Assembly (NCBI RefSeq): GCF_006345805.1 | Contig: NW_021829832.1 | Span: 248,001 to 312,000, forward strand | Length of the DNA: 64,000 bases | From: Octopus sinensis | Taxonomy: Eukaryota | Direction of reading: 5' to 3' | Shown: in pieces, positions 39,901 through 52,889 of the stretch | How the letters are laid out: the number at the start of each line of letters is the position of its first letter | Position numbering within the stretch: the stretch's first letter is position 1 | Program-made: the position numbers and the translations under genes | Notes under the pieces: model-generated | Told to the model about the DNA's origin: nothing | What the model saw: only the letters and a program-made list of their open reading frames with translations | The model's database searches: none

Positions 39901-42852
39901 CAGTTTGAAATATTTCTGGATAATATGCGCTTTTTACAGGTCGTCTAAATCTTTTTTATATACTCTATTCTGGCATTTTAAAATTTTCAGCAAGATTTGC
40001 TTAATTATAAAGATTCCTACTCAGTTCTCCACGTGTGTGATATCAATCGAGCTCATTTTTTCAGGGGATCAGTTTGAAATATTTCTGGATAATATGCGCT
40101 TTTTACAGCTCGTCTAAATCCTTTTTATATACTCTATTCTGGCGTTTTAAAATTTTCAGCAAGATTTGCGTAATTAAAAGATCCCTTCTCAGTTCTCCAC
40201 GTGTGTGATATCAATCGAGCTAATTTTTTCAGGGGATCAGTTTGAAATATTTCTGGATAATATGCGCTTTTTACAGCTCGTCTAAATCTTTTTTATATAC
40301 TCTATTCTGGCTTTTTAAAATTTTCAGCAAGATTTGCGTAATTAAAAGATCCCTTCTCAGTTCTCCACGTGTGTGATATCAATCGAGCTAATTTTTTCAG
40401 GGGATCAGTTTGAAATATTTCTGGATAATATGCGCTTTTTACAGCTCGTCTAAATCTTTTTTATATACTCTATTCTGGCTTTTTAAAATTTTCAGCAAGA
40501 TTTGCGTAATTAAAAGATCCCTTCTCAGTTCTCCACGTGTGTGATATCAATCGAGCTAATTTTTTCAGGGGATCAGTTTGAAATATTTCTGGATAATATG
40601 CGCTTTTTACAGCTCGTCTAAATCTTTTTTATATACTCTATTCTGGCTTTTTAAAATTTTCAGCAAGATTTGCGTAATTATAAAGATCCCTACTCAGTTC
40701 TCCACGTGTGTGATATCAATCGAGCTCATTATTTCAGGGGATCAGTTTGAAATATTTCTGGATAATATGCGCTTTTTACAGCTCGTCTAAATCCTTTTTA
40801 TATACTCTATTCTGGCGTTTTAAAATTTTCAGCAAGATTTGCGTAATTAAAAGATCCCTTCTCAGTTCTCCACGTGTGTGATATCAATCGAGCTCATTTT
40901 TTCAGGGGATCAGTTTGAAATATTTCTGGATAATATGCGCTTTTTACAGCTCGTCTAAATCTTTTTTATATACTCTATTCTGGCTTTTTAAAATTTTCAG
41001 CAAGATTTGCGTAATTAAAAGATCCCTTCTCAGTTCTCCACGTGTGTGATATCAATCGAGCTAATTTTTTCAGGGGATCAGTTTGAAATATTTCTGGATA
41101 ATATGCGCTTTTTACAGCTCGTCTAAATCTTTTTTATATACTCTATTCTGGCTTTTTAAAATTTTCAGCAAGATTTGCGTAATTAAAAGATCCCTTCTCA
41201 GTTCTCCACGTGTGTGATATCAATCGAGCTAATTTTTTCAGGGGATCAGTTTGAAATATTTCTGGATAATATGCGCTTTTTACAGCTCGTCTAAATCTTT
41301 TTTATATACTCTATTCTGGCTTTTTAAAATTTTCAGCAAGATTTGCGTAATTATAAAGATCCCTACTCAGTTCTCCACGTGTGTGATATCAATCGAGCTC
41401 ATTATTTCAGGGGATCAGTTTGAAATATTTCTGGATAATATGCGCTTTTTACAGCTCGTCTAAATCCTTTTTATATACTCTATTCTGGCGTTTTAAAATT
41501 TTCAGCAAGATTTGCGTAATTAAAAGATCCCTTCTCAGTTCTCCACGTGTGTGATATCAATCGAGCTCATTTTTTCAGGGGATCAGTTTGAAATATTTCT
41601 GGATAATATGCGCTTTTTACAGCTCGTCTAAATCCTTTTTATATACTCTATTCTGGCTTTTTAAAATTTTCAGCAAGATTTGCGTAATTAAAAGATCCCT
41701 TCTCAGTTCTCCACGTGTGTGATATCAATCGAGCTAATTTTTTCAGGGGATCAGTTTGAAATATTTCTGGATAATATGCGCTTTTTACAGCTCGTCTAAA
41801 TCCTTTTTATATACTCTATTCTGACGTTTTAAAATTTTCAGCAAGATTTGCGTAATTAAAAGATCCCTTCTCAGTTCTCCACGTGTGTGATATCAATCGA
41901 GCTAATTTTTTCAGGGGATCAGTTTGAAATATTTCTGGATAATATGCGCTTTTTACAGCTCGTCTAAATCTTTTTTATATACTCTATTCTGGCTTTTTAA
42001 AATTTTCAGCAAGATTTGCGTAATTATAAAGATCCCTACTCAGTTCTCCACGTGTGTGATATCAATCGAGCTCATTTTTTCAGGGGATCAGTTTGAAATA
42101 TTTCTGGATAATATGCGCTTTTTACAGCTCGTCTAAATCCTTTTTATATACTCTATTCTGGCGTTTTAAAATTTTCAGCAAGATTTGCGTAATTAAAAGA
42201 TCCCTACTCAGTTCTCCACGTGTGTGATATCAATCGAGCTCATTATTTCAGGGGATCAGTTTGAAATATTTCTGGATAATATGCGCTTTTTATAGCTCGT
42301 CTAAATCTTTTTTATATACTCTATTCTGGCGTTTTAAAATTTTCAGCAAGATTTGCGTAATTATAAAGATCCCTACTCAGTTCTCCACGTGTGTGATATC
42401 AATCGAGCTAATTTTTTCAGGGGATCAGTTTGAAATATTTCTGGATAATATGCGCTTTTTACAGCTCGTCTAAATCTTTTTTATATACTCTATTCTGGCT
42501 TTTTAAAATTTTCAGCAAGATTTGCGTAATTAAAAGATCCCTTCTCAGTTCTCCACGTGTGTGATATCAATCGAGCTAATTTTTTCAGGGGATCAGTTTG
42601 AAATATTTCTGGATAATATGCGCTTTTTACAGCTCGTCTAAATCTTTTTTATATACTCTATTCTGGCTTTTTAAAATTTTCAGCAAGATTTGCGTAATTA
42701 AAAGATCCCGTCTTAGTTCTCCACGTGTGTGATATCAATCGAGCTCATTTTTTCAGGGGATCAGTTTGAAATATTTCTGGATAATATGCGTTTTTTACAG
42801 CTCGTCTAAATTTTTTTATATACTCTATTCTGGCGTTTTAAAATTTTCAGCA
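39882..42852. repeat. 168/169-bp satellite, about 17.7 copies, with 673-bp higher-order period
   Basis: GGGGATCAGTTTGAAATATTTC counted 18 times. The ORF track shows a variant recurring at 39905, 40578, 41251 and 41924. Confidence 0.98.
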
Positions 42853-42869
42853 TTAACTAAATAGTTTAC

Positions 42870-43060
42870 TTTCAGGATCATGATAGAGATCCTCTGAAAC
42901 ACCATAGCGTCACTTTTCTCTCCACTGTAAGTTTTGAAATCATGCTTCTGATTTTCTTAAAAAGTGCATTCTTCATCCAGATGACACCACTTGTCTCAAA
43001 CTCAAGTGGAACAAATTCTAAACTGTTAAGAAAAAGTGGGTACTCCCGCCAGGAACCTAA
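42870..43060 (-). mobile_element. CRE-like RLE remnant
   Basis: FVPLEFETSGV. Confidence 0.45.
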
Positions 43061-43152
43061 TGATCTAAAACAAATAATAAATTTATTTTGTTTCTCTTTT
43101 TAATATTTAATTTTATTTAGTTTTAATTTTGTATTCAAAAATACAAGTATTA

Positions 43153-43758
43153 TGTCGCGAGCGCAGCGCGCGACCGAGCGCTAGACGCGACTTTGACACC
43201 TAACAAGCCTATCATCAACAAATATATTTATTAAATTATTTAAAATTTAACATGATTTAAAATTAAAATTGAAATAACTTAAGTTTTCCATTGAATCCCA
43301 TAAAATAATTTATAAGTAGACCTTAATAGAAAAAGTAAAATCAATGAATACTGAACGCTAATTTGGTTTAGGTTGTGAGGGGGGTAATAATTTGACAGAT
43401 CTCATTGCTATTTTTTCGTTTTAATCTCTAAAATTAGGTCTTCTAATCAAAAATGAACTGTGCAGACAGGCTTGCTCCTTCAGAAGATTCTTGTTTTGAC
43501 ATTTTTATAAATTATGAAGCATTTAGATTTTTTCTCATTATTCTAAAATATCAATTATAAATTTTAAAATATTATTTTTATTTATGAAATCGGTTTTAAA
43601 GCTCATTCTGCTTTGGCATCGATTTTAATTTTTGTTATCGAATATATTTAATCCCAAATACAACCTGGGTATTTGTCAATTTATAGATTTTTTGATTGAT
43701 CGGATCTAGAAATTGAGTGGTCGCTCGCTGCGCTCGGTCGCTCGCTGCGCTCGCGACA
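43153..43758. mobile_element. 606-bp MITE with TGT...ACA ends and 5-bp TSD
   Basis: TIR TGTCGCGAGCGCAGCG(C/A)GCGACCGAGCGC; TATTA at 43148-43152 and 43759-43763. Confidence 0.85.
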
Positions 43759-44129
43759 TATTATGTTAAAATAGTATTTAGTTGTTGTGGTAGTTTCTAA
43801 ATTTGGAAATTACCGTATAAAAATTATATCTTTTTCAAACTACCCCAAAAATAGAGGTTTTCCAAAAATAGAGGTTCCTCAAGCCAGAGGTCTGCCCCAA
43901 ATGAAGATTATACTGTAATAACCAAAAACAGCTTGGAAAATGAAATGGAGATGAAGAAACTGGCATTTGTTATTCACCAAGAACGCCAGTTGGGAATACT
44001 AAAGCTTAATAAGAAGAGCAGTGAATTTTATTTTACTGTGAAACGCCTTATTATCAAACAAATTAAAAAAGACTGAGATATTTGTAAATTTGCTTGGCTA
44101 TTAAAGGTATTTTGGAATAAATATCCGAT

Positions 44130-44520
44130 TCTAATTACCATGTAACGGCAGAAGTCTTATTGATGTTAGAAGATATAAAGATTTTAACGATGTTGGATAT
44201 TAACGATTATTGACATTTACAACAAATTCGTAGTCCGAAAATCCTTAAAGAATAAATCTGTAAAACTTAAAATTTACTTCTAGAAGTTTGAAATAAATTA
44301 AAAAAAATTTCAAATTGGATATTGGCAAATTTTGCAAACAGACGACGGATTGGAATTCCAAAATCAACTGATGGATTAACTATGGGAAGAAAATAAAATC
44401 ACACATATTTGTGGAAGACCAAACCATCCTCACAAGTTTATAAATTTGAAATAAATTAGGGTATATTTGAGTTCATTAATCAAACATTGACACGGAGTAT
44501 GGTAAAACTGATTGATAAAG
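44130..44520 (+). mobile_element. Degenerate rve integrase core (Ginger/Gin-type)
   Basis: WILTIIDIYNKF...LKNKS...ILQTDDGLEF...ITHICGRPNHP with stops. Confidence 0.7.
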
Positions 44521-44920
44521 AAGAAACTAAAAATTGCAAACAATTTTTAAACAAAGTTATCAAAATGTTTTAGAACAATTTATTTCAGCCACTCAAATTA
44601 TGTTCCGCGATCCAATTTTTTAGACATAAAATAGTCTCCCAGTTACTTTGCAGTTGACTACGGTTACTTTGCATGATATTTTTCCCGATTGTTAATGACT
44701 AACCCACAAGAACACAAATAACAAAAATAATAAATCATATCATTGCTTTCCGTGCCACTACTAGATTATTTATAGCACTTTTATTTTATAAATTGTGGAA
44801 CTGGTTCGCCACTGAGGACATAATTTATCGCATCAATTAAAATATTCAAAATAAAATTTATTTAATTATTTTTTTATTAAAAATTAAATTTTTAAATTTA
44901 TTGTTGATGTTTGTGATATA

Positions 44921-45868
44921 ATGAACAGAAGAAAAGTCGGCGTCTCTGCAGTCAAAAGCAACGATTTATTAAAAGTAATTTAAAAATAAAATTTCTGAAA
45001 AAATTCCAAGAAAAAAGCACGGAATTCCACGAGAATGAACTCCAGGAGGTAAATTCCACGGAATTAACCAAAAGCTCACAAAACAGACCGAAAAGTTCAA
45101 AGAAAACCTCGAAATTTACGCGAAAAAACACGGAAACGAAATCAAAAAGAATCCCCAACTGAGAAATGAATTCCAAAAAATGTGTGCCTCAATCGGCGTC
45201 GATCCTCTCGCATGTTTCTCAGCCAATAAAATACAAAATTATAGCCTCCAAGGGTTTTTGGTCAGAGATTTTGGGTGTTGGGGACTTTTACTATGAACTG
45301 GCGGTACAAATCATTGAAATCTGCCTGGCAACTCAGAAATTTAATGGGGGTTTGTATTTTTAGATATTTGAAGGAATTTTGAGTCTTGGTGAACTGATAA
45401 ACAAACTCCACGTGAACAGGGGACGACATCAGGATCAAATAAATGAGTTTATATTAAATTTAAAAAATTATTAATTTTAAAAATATATAACTTATAGAAA
45501 TGATGTTCGAATTGCAATTTCAAAAATTTCTGTTCTGGGAAATGGTTTCTCTCTGATTGAGTCAAAGGGCGTGACATTTGTCCGGTCTGTTTGTGTCGAG
45601 TTGTCAAATGACCACAATTTGGTACTTTCCCAAGCAAATGTTGATTATTTGAACTCCCGATTGCCTAGGAACGCGGATATTTGACAAAATCTGATTTGCT
45701 TATTTCAACCGGGTGGAATGAAGAGAGAGTGCTCAATATATTGGTTTATATTTTGTGTTCTGGAATTGAAAGAATTCATTCGTAGAAGGTGGAATGGTGT
45801 GGATCGATGAACAAGGGGATGAGGTCCAATATTGGTTTCCTGGCTTGACTAGACTCAAAAATGATTAA
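44921..45868 (+). CDS. SNF8: ESCRT-II subunit SNF8/VPS22
   Basis: [43 protein letters not shown] and YWFPGL. Confidence 0.95.
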
Positions 45869-46049
45869 TTTTTTGTTTTATTAACTTTTGATAATCCACT
45901 CTTCTCCCTTTAATTTATTTTGTCGATAAAATTTGTTTTATAATATGGGAAAGATATCAATTAAAAATGAGAAATAATATTTTATTTTCCAAATGGAACA
46001 AATAAAGTCACGTGACCCCGACACGGTTTAGGAGGGTCTGTGAGTTTTC

Positions 46050-46800
46050 TCAAGTGCGTCCCAAGGCTCTAATTGAATCGGTATTCTTTCCACTGGATTG
46101 TACAACATACTTTAATTTGACCATTGGTTTGAGTTTGCTATCAACATAACTGAGTTTTAGTTAATTTTTCCATTCTTAATTTCCTAGTTAAAACACATTT
46201 TGAAATCAGCACTATTACCGAATTTCAGTCGATTTATGCCATCTTATGTCCTAATTGAGAAACACATTTTTGATTCAGAATTATCGGGTTGCAGTTTTTA
46301 AAAGCAAGACGTAATTTTTGCTTATGTGACAATGACTAAATGATAGAATTATGCAGTTTTAGGCTTTAATTTCGGGGAAAAATCCATCCTATAGATTTTT
46401 CTGTGGACTTTTGAGAATAGTGATAATATTTTTTACTAGTTCATTTGAGTATTCGTTTTGTAGAAGGTCGGTAAGACTTGTTCTAACACACTCTTAAAAT
46501 TTAATCTTCTTAGGTTCATTCCAAATGAGTTCTCCAGTGGCGAGCCATTTCTTTATTTAAACTGACTTGTTATAACAGCGATATTTAATATTTCCTCTGT
46601 AGAAATACATCCTCTACATAAACGTACGTCAATAAGTAGTTGCTATAGGGGGCATAGAAAATAGTCAATCATATTGTATATTGTAGTTACATCTCCATTT
46701 TCATTCTTTCTTGATCCAGTCTTGATCGTTTTGTGCCTTGTAGAATGTTAAAGCAGTGTTGCACAATAATAACTTTCTGTTCTAATTAAACTGACGGTCT
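46050..46800 (-). mobile_element. Degenerate RTE-like LINE endonuclease region
   Basis: CNTA..HSTRHKT...IYNMIDYFLC with many stops. Confidence 0.5.
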
Positions 46801-47028
46801 TGGAAAATCAAAGTCCAAATGTTTTTAAAATACATCAATTTTATGGCAGGTAGTAATCAAGTGTGGGTGTTCTCGTTTAATTTTAATATACCTAAATAAA
46901 AAAACACATTCAAACATAAATAAAAACCAATTTTAAACTTTCCTATACAATCGTACAATCAAAATGAAAAAAGAAATTATTTGGTTAACCACAAATGATA
47001 AAATTCCAATAGAAATTAATATTTCGGA

Positions 47029-47941
47029 TTAAATGTCATTCATTTTCCCCAAGTACTCTTCGAAGGAAAATTCGAGATTTTTCACCTCCTCTCTTTTTTC
47101 GGCCAAATAGGCTACATATGAACTACACAGACATACATTCACCCTCAGAGATCTTGTCCTCCAACGAAATGTTCTCTCTTTCTAATTTTTCTATTCTTTC
47201 ATCCAACTGAAATTAGTTCAGCACTCTCTAACCTCCTCATTTTTTGCGCATAAATTTTCCAAGGTATCCGAAAGTCTAGTTTCGTTACAATTCATCTAAA
47301 TTCCGATCAATCACTTCACCTGTTCGCATTTGGCTCGCAGACTTGATTTCTCCTGCAGACAAGTATCCATTTTATCCGTCAACTGTCGAAGAGTCCTTAC
47401 AGTTAGTTCTTAAAAAAACGTGGCCAAGCAATTAACTTCGTCCTCTGATCTCGAAATGGTCTCATCTAAGGTCGTGTTTCTCTGAATTGACTATGTTATG
47501 TGTTTTTGGTATATTTTACGAGATTATAGGCTTGTTCGCCGGATTCAATTTTTTGTGTCAATTCGGCAATTTCTTGACTCATTTGCTCGTTTTTTTGAGA
47601 CAAAAATTCATTTTTTACATTATAAATTGATATTTTTCTAACAAGTGGATTTTATAAAAGAACCTGCTGGCCTCTTCAATCTCGTTTTCTTTATCAGAAT
47701 ATAAGTTTTTTGTCGCCCGTATTTCGTTCATCAGTTCGTCATTGGAATTTTCTAATTCGTTTATTTTGGACTCGAATTGGGCAAATTCTTGTTTTTTTGA
47801 TTCATTTTCAGCTATAAGACTATCGCAGTCAGACTTTTGTTTGGCATATGCTAATTCAAGTTCCTGTTTTTCCGACCGCAAACATTCTATTTTTTGGCGT
47901 AGTTTTTCCACAATTGCCGACGAACCAATGGCACTGAGCAT
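47029..47941 (-). CDS. Coiled-coil protein, possibly a divergent tropomyosin
   Basis: Heptad-rich multi-exon product ending VKNLEFSFEEYLGKMNDI. Confidence 0.5.
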
Positions 47942-48599
47942 TTCGATTCAAAAACCAAACTTTTATTTTTTATAAAAATTTTTAAAAATTTAAAATTATT
48001 AATTAATAAATAATAATTTTTCTATAGATTAAATAATTTATAATTGATAGATTTTGTCAATCATCTTAATGAACACTTTGTCCTTTTAATTACACTAATT
48101 ACACGTCTCAAGTATTTTGTCGTGCTAACAACGGTTGCTTATTACTACGCTTGTAGCCAATTAGTCAATTAAATTAAAAATTTTAAATTGATTATTTTGA
48201 ACAATTTCGTCAATTTATTCGATTTTTTGATTAGGATACATCAAAGTCGTCAAAAGAAGCAGTCTAAGATCACGAGAATGCACAAGTCGACGACTTTATT
48301 TGACACAAGGAGCAAAAAAACAACAAATAATAGTCTATCCTGAGTTTTTCAAAAAGAGCTATTTTATAAAGAGCTATCCTGAGCTTGTCAAAAAGAGAAA
48401 ATGTGAAGAATGTTTAGCATTATTAGCTCAATTATGTGTGGTGTATTTCGAATGATAAATTATTAACATTAACCACAACTATTTAAATAATATTTTCAAT
48501 AACTTAGCCTTATCGCTTGAAGGTTGGAGACTTTGATTGTTCGAAAATAAATCATCCAAATTGTTAAACTAACATTTTTGATATAACAGTGGAAGTCGG

Positions 48600-48850
48600 A
48601 CCAGGCCTCATCTGGGTCCGGAAACGTACATCTACTTGTACAGAACCTATGTACAGACAGTCCTCATATGGCTACGAGGGCTGGTTCTGTACGAAGGAGA
48701 ATGACTACCCTATCAAACAGTTGGAAAAGAGAAGACGTTTCTCATTGAAACTTGCTTATGGAATACAACTTTACGGAAGACTTAGAAGAATCCTCTGTGC
48801 CGGATGGAGAAAAGTTATAATAAGTAATTGGGGTTAGCATGGAAAGAGAC
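48600..48850 (+). mobile_element. RTE-like LINE 3' remnant
   Basis: YGYEGWFCTKE motif in a broken frame. Confidence 0.4.
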
Positions 48851-49037
48851 ACTTCGGTGCCTTGACCCCGTTAATGACATTTCCTTGTTTGTTCCTTTTC
48901 CTAAAACAAAAAAAACTATTCAATCCAATAATTCCCGGAAATATTAATGTACTTATTTATACATTAACAACATTCCAAACAAAGCAAAAAAACAGTAGTT
49001 AAAATATAATCGACAAAAAAGGAAATAAATTAGTAAA

Positions 49038-50054
49038 CTAAATCAAGGCACCAAACCAGTCAACAGTCCCGAACGACCCTTCGAAGCCAACTCGTCCTTA
49101 GCCCGATACATGGAAGCCCCCATCATCCGATAATTCCTATGCACCTACCCAATCAAACCACCCAACCCACCTTAATAATCGTATAAATCTGCACGGCAGC
49201 CATCAAAGTCAACAAAAGTGCACAAATCAAAGCCCCCACTCCAATCGACTGCGATTTTGCGAGAATGCTAATTCCGTTGATCCACCCACTGCGAATAACC
49301 ACCGAAAACACCTCGAGGCACCCCCAGGAATCCCCAAGGCCATAATCGCCGTCACCACAATCTGCGAACCGTACACAAAAAAGAAGAAAAAAAAGGAAAG
49401 GGAAGAATCCACTCGGAATGCCTTATAGAGTGGCCGATACCACAAGAATATGGACATGACGGGCAGTCCAATGGCCACAATTATCGAAAGCCCAAAAGAA
49501 ATGGAAGTCTGACTGTTTTTGACATCAACAGCGAGCATGGCCAAACATATAATCGCATTATATATCAAAATCAGGAAGTAGACTGTTCTAAAATAAATAA
49601 ACCAATCATCAACCTAACATTCCGTAGTACACCAGACGCACAGTCGCCTGGAATTGAGGGGAAATGTCCCCCGAAATGTTGTGGTAGAAACATTTTGGAC
49701 AGAAAGGGAGAGGAGGCCAGTTGTTGAGGGGTGTCCCGCCTCCCATTTTCTGTTCGAGTTCCTGTTCCTTTGCCTGCAGTTGGGCTGCCTTCTTTTCCAG
49801 TTCGATGTATCGGAGTTTGTTCTCAATGTCGGGCTGTGGTTTTGTGGGGACGGAATTGAATTCCTGGAAGGCGAATGGACTGGACGAAGGCTGGGTCATT
49901 GGCTGGAATGGAACTGGGTTTGTGGACACAGGCTCGATTTCTGGACTGACTGGGTCGGTTGTGGCTTTATTGGCCAGTTCTTTCTAATTTGGTTAAGAAT
50001 TGTGTTTGATACAGCCATTGGAATTGGATCAGCGAAAGGATTGAAATCACCCAT
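49038..50054 (-). CDS. SCAMP: Secretory carrier membrane protein
   Basis: MGDFNPFADP, NNWPPLP, CFYHNISGDI, FLWYRPLYKAFRVDSSLSFFFFFF. Confidence 0.93.
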
Positions 50055-50151
50055 TAAACACAACTAATCAATTAATTTAAAATAATATATATTTGTAAAT
50101 TATTAAATAAATAATTTTAAAAATATAATAATTATATTTAAATTCATTCAA
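50055..50151. promoter_or_regulatory. Putative bidirectional promoter between SCAMP and TEX261
   Basis: Only 97 bp, almost all A/T, between two divergent start codons. Confidence 0.55.
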
Positions 50152-50778
50152 ATGATAGTTGTGATAATATCATGTCTCGGAATCGCAATCCTAGCCACTG
50201 CTGCAATAATCTCCATAAGTAACATAACCTATCACAGTCCTAGTCATAACTCTGAGCTACGCCACTGACTTTGCAGAGGAAAACATATCCCAAACCCGTC
50301 GTCTGACTCTCCTACTACTCACAGTATAGTCCTAGACACACTCTAGACATCCACTATTTGTGTCCTAATGCTACTCATTTCCAGAGATATGCCACTTTTC
50401 TCAGGATTTGTAGGCCTGTTGACTAATTTGTGTTATTATTTGGTGATCAAGTCCCCCAACTACCCAGTCGTCCAGGTCTCCTCAGTGAAGACAGTGTCCA
50501 CGATTGGTTAGTGTTGACTGAGATGGTCTAGTTTTGAGTCTGATTAATTTTTTCTGTCATATTTCGAGTTCGTCTTATCAAGAAGGGGTTTTCCAGGTAG
50601 ACTTGTGGTATTGGAGTGTTAGTTTGTGGGGGTGTTGGTTATTATTTGTTGGATGGTCCCTTTGGTGTTGATTGTGTCCGTCATTTTGGAATCGGACTGT
50701 CTCCCTCTGACTAACGCTCAAAAACCTGCCACGTTTAGTGCACGGGATGCCCTGGATTGGATTATCCGAAAATTCTGA
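50152..50778 (+). CDS. TEX261: TEX261/Svp26-like ER-Golgi cargo adaptor
   Basis: Four introns (25, 23, 25, 26 nt) give YATDFAEENISQTRR...GLLTNLCYY...IICWMVPLVLIVSV...DCLP. Confidence 0.75.
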
Positions 50779-52419
50779 TTATTTTTTTAATATTTCTGTG
50801 TTTTTAAAATGTCTTAATTACTCACAATTTAACAGTTTTTAACTGAATTTACATTTTAGGAACTTTTTTTGGAAATACATTTTTCCTATTCTGGGAAATA
50901 ACTTGCATAAGCTTGGCTAAAAAATAATTTATGATTCACAAAATAATCACAGAATTTATTATTGTGGCAGAATCTATAGATAATCGAATCTTGAATTTGA
51001 ATAATGTTTAATTTATAACTCAATAAAGTTACTTATTAGCCCCGAATTTACAGTCATGACAATATTAGAAAACATGCTACACTTTCCAGAGAGATTTCTG
51101 ATGTTGAAAATGGATGTTTTAACAAGAAGTAAAATGAAGGACGCCATATTTGAGAAAGTTACATTTTAGGCAAATCGGATTACCATAATGAGCATGTTTG
51201 GAAATGTAGGTTCTTAAAGGTTTATCTACAATTTCCACGGAAGATTTATCAATCGGGGTGATTGATATCTTGGGGCATCACTTTGGCTAATTGGAAAAGC
51301 ACATAATGCACTCGCCATAAGTCGATATCATTTTTAGTTTGTTTTCATAACTGTTCGGCTGTCCCAAGATGAGATGATTCTGGAGAGTTAGCGAGGAACT
51401 GAAAGGATTGTTGACTTTCAGTGAAAGTGGTCTCTGGGGGTTGATTGTAGAGATCCATCCATGTTTTCTGGAGGCTGGTTATTGTGGATAGCTTGCTGGC
51501 GTTTATTTAGAATACTTCTTCAAGAATTGTATTCTCGTAACCTTTTGATGTGACCCACATTGATTATTATTAGCACTTTCACAAGAGCCATAATATTTAT
51601 AACTCTGCATGTGCAGCAAAAAATATTAGAGAACGAATTAAGTCCTCAGACCACAAGTCAAAGAGAAACCCCCCTGTTAGCCAGACCAAGTGAAGGCGGT
51701 CGAGGAACGTGAGCCTGAAGAGGACAACTTTATTTGGCGTGACCCACTCGTATTGTCGGACGACACAACGAGGTTAGGGTGTCTGTCCACGTTTAGGGAG
51801 GAAGAGTTTGATGACTTTTTTGCTGACATGCTTGTGTGAGCTTTAATATGGTTTGTACGCTTCGTGTTATAAGTACATTCAAAGATAGCAGCGGATTATA
51901 TTGCGATTGTTAAACATGTAGTGTAGTGTATATGCTTTGACTAGCCCCATAATTGATCCTGTTTCATCAATTTCATGTCATTGCCATTATTGTAAGTCTT
52001 TATTAGGGAACGTTTAGTTAGTTAGTTAGTTGATCCCCGGTTTCGATATTTTTAAAAAACCAACAGCAAGTAAAGGTCTTGAAGCCCGACGAGACAATTG
52101 GAATGGCTTATGGAAGAGAAAGGTCTCGGGGAGTAATTCGAAAACTTCAATAATCCGAATTTTTTTAATTGAAATTGTAAATTTTCTAACATTTCTTTCC
52201 AAATTTGATTCAATTCTCCGAAAATTATATAGTCCGCATCCGAATGCTAGGATTGATATAATTTCGGATTATTTGTTTATTATTATAAAAAATTTCAAAT
52301 TAATTAACAGCACGCTTTTCGTAATTCTATGGCTAGAAAAAGGACTGAAGTCAAAATTCATCTAAAAGACAGATTTGTAAAATTAAGGATTCGAGGAAAA
52401 TGTCGCCGAATGAATTGTT

Positions 52420-52790
52420 TAATTGTCAGAAGAGATTAAACCTGGACCTAAAATTCTACTTTATCTGAAATTTTGAAAAATACAGAACAGTGGAAAAATA
52501 GTGAGAGCTCAAACACTTTCTATAGACAAGCTTCTAAAATCATTATCTGTTTGAGAATCATTGATAGAATGAATATCTCGAATGGATGCGATTAACGGTT
52601 ACCTGACTGATGAAATTATTATTACTAAAGCATAGGAATTTGGACAAAAGCTAAATATTGAAGATATGCAATTTAGCAAAGGATGACTATATAAATTCAA
52701 AAATCGTTCAATTTGAATTGAAAGTTTCTTTATGGAGACAAATTCAATGAATAAAACACTATACAAAGACTTATTCGATTTTTTCAATAA
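52420..52790 (+). mobile_element. pogo/Tigger HTH remnant
   Basis: STLSEILKN, LTDEIIITKA and QFSKG.LYKFKNR with stops. Confidence 0.55.
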
Positions 52791-52889
52791 TAATTTTGAT
52801 TATAAACAATTAGTAATTGGATCACTAATTTAAGCATTTATCTAACAATCATATCAATTTAGATTCCTTCATTAGTCGATTTGAATTTT

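Noticed and set aside
39905-42473. Five 70-aa ORFs MKYFWIICAF...
   Set aside because: They start at TTG and arise from 169-bp satellite variants shifting the frame; no coding evidence.
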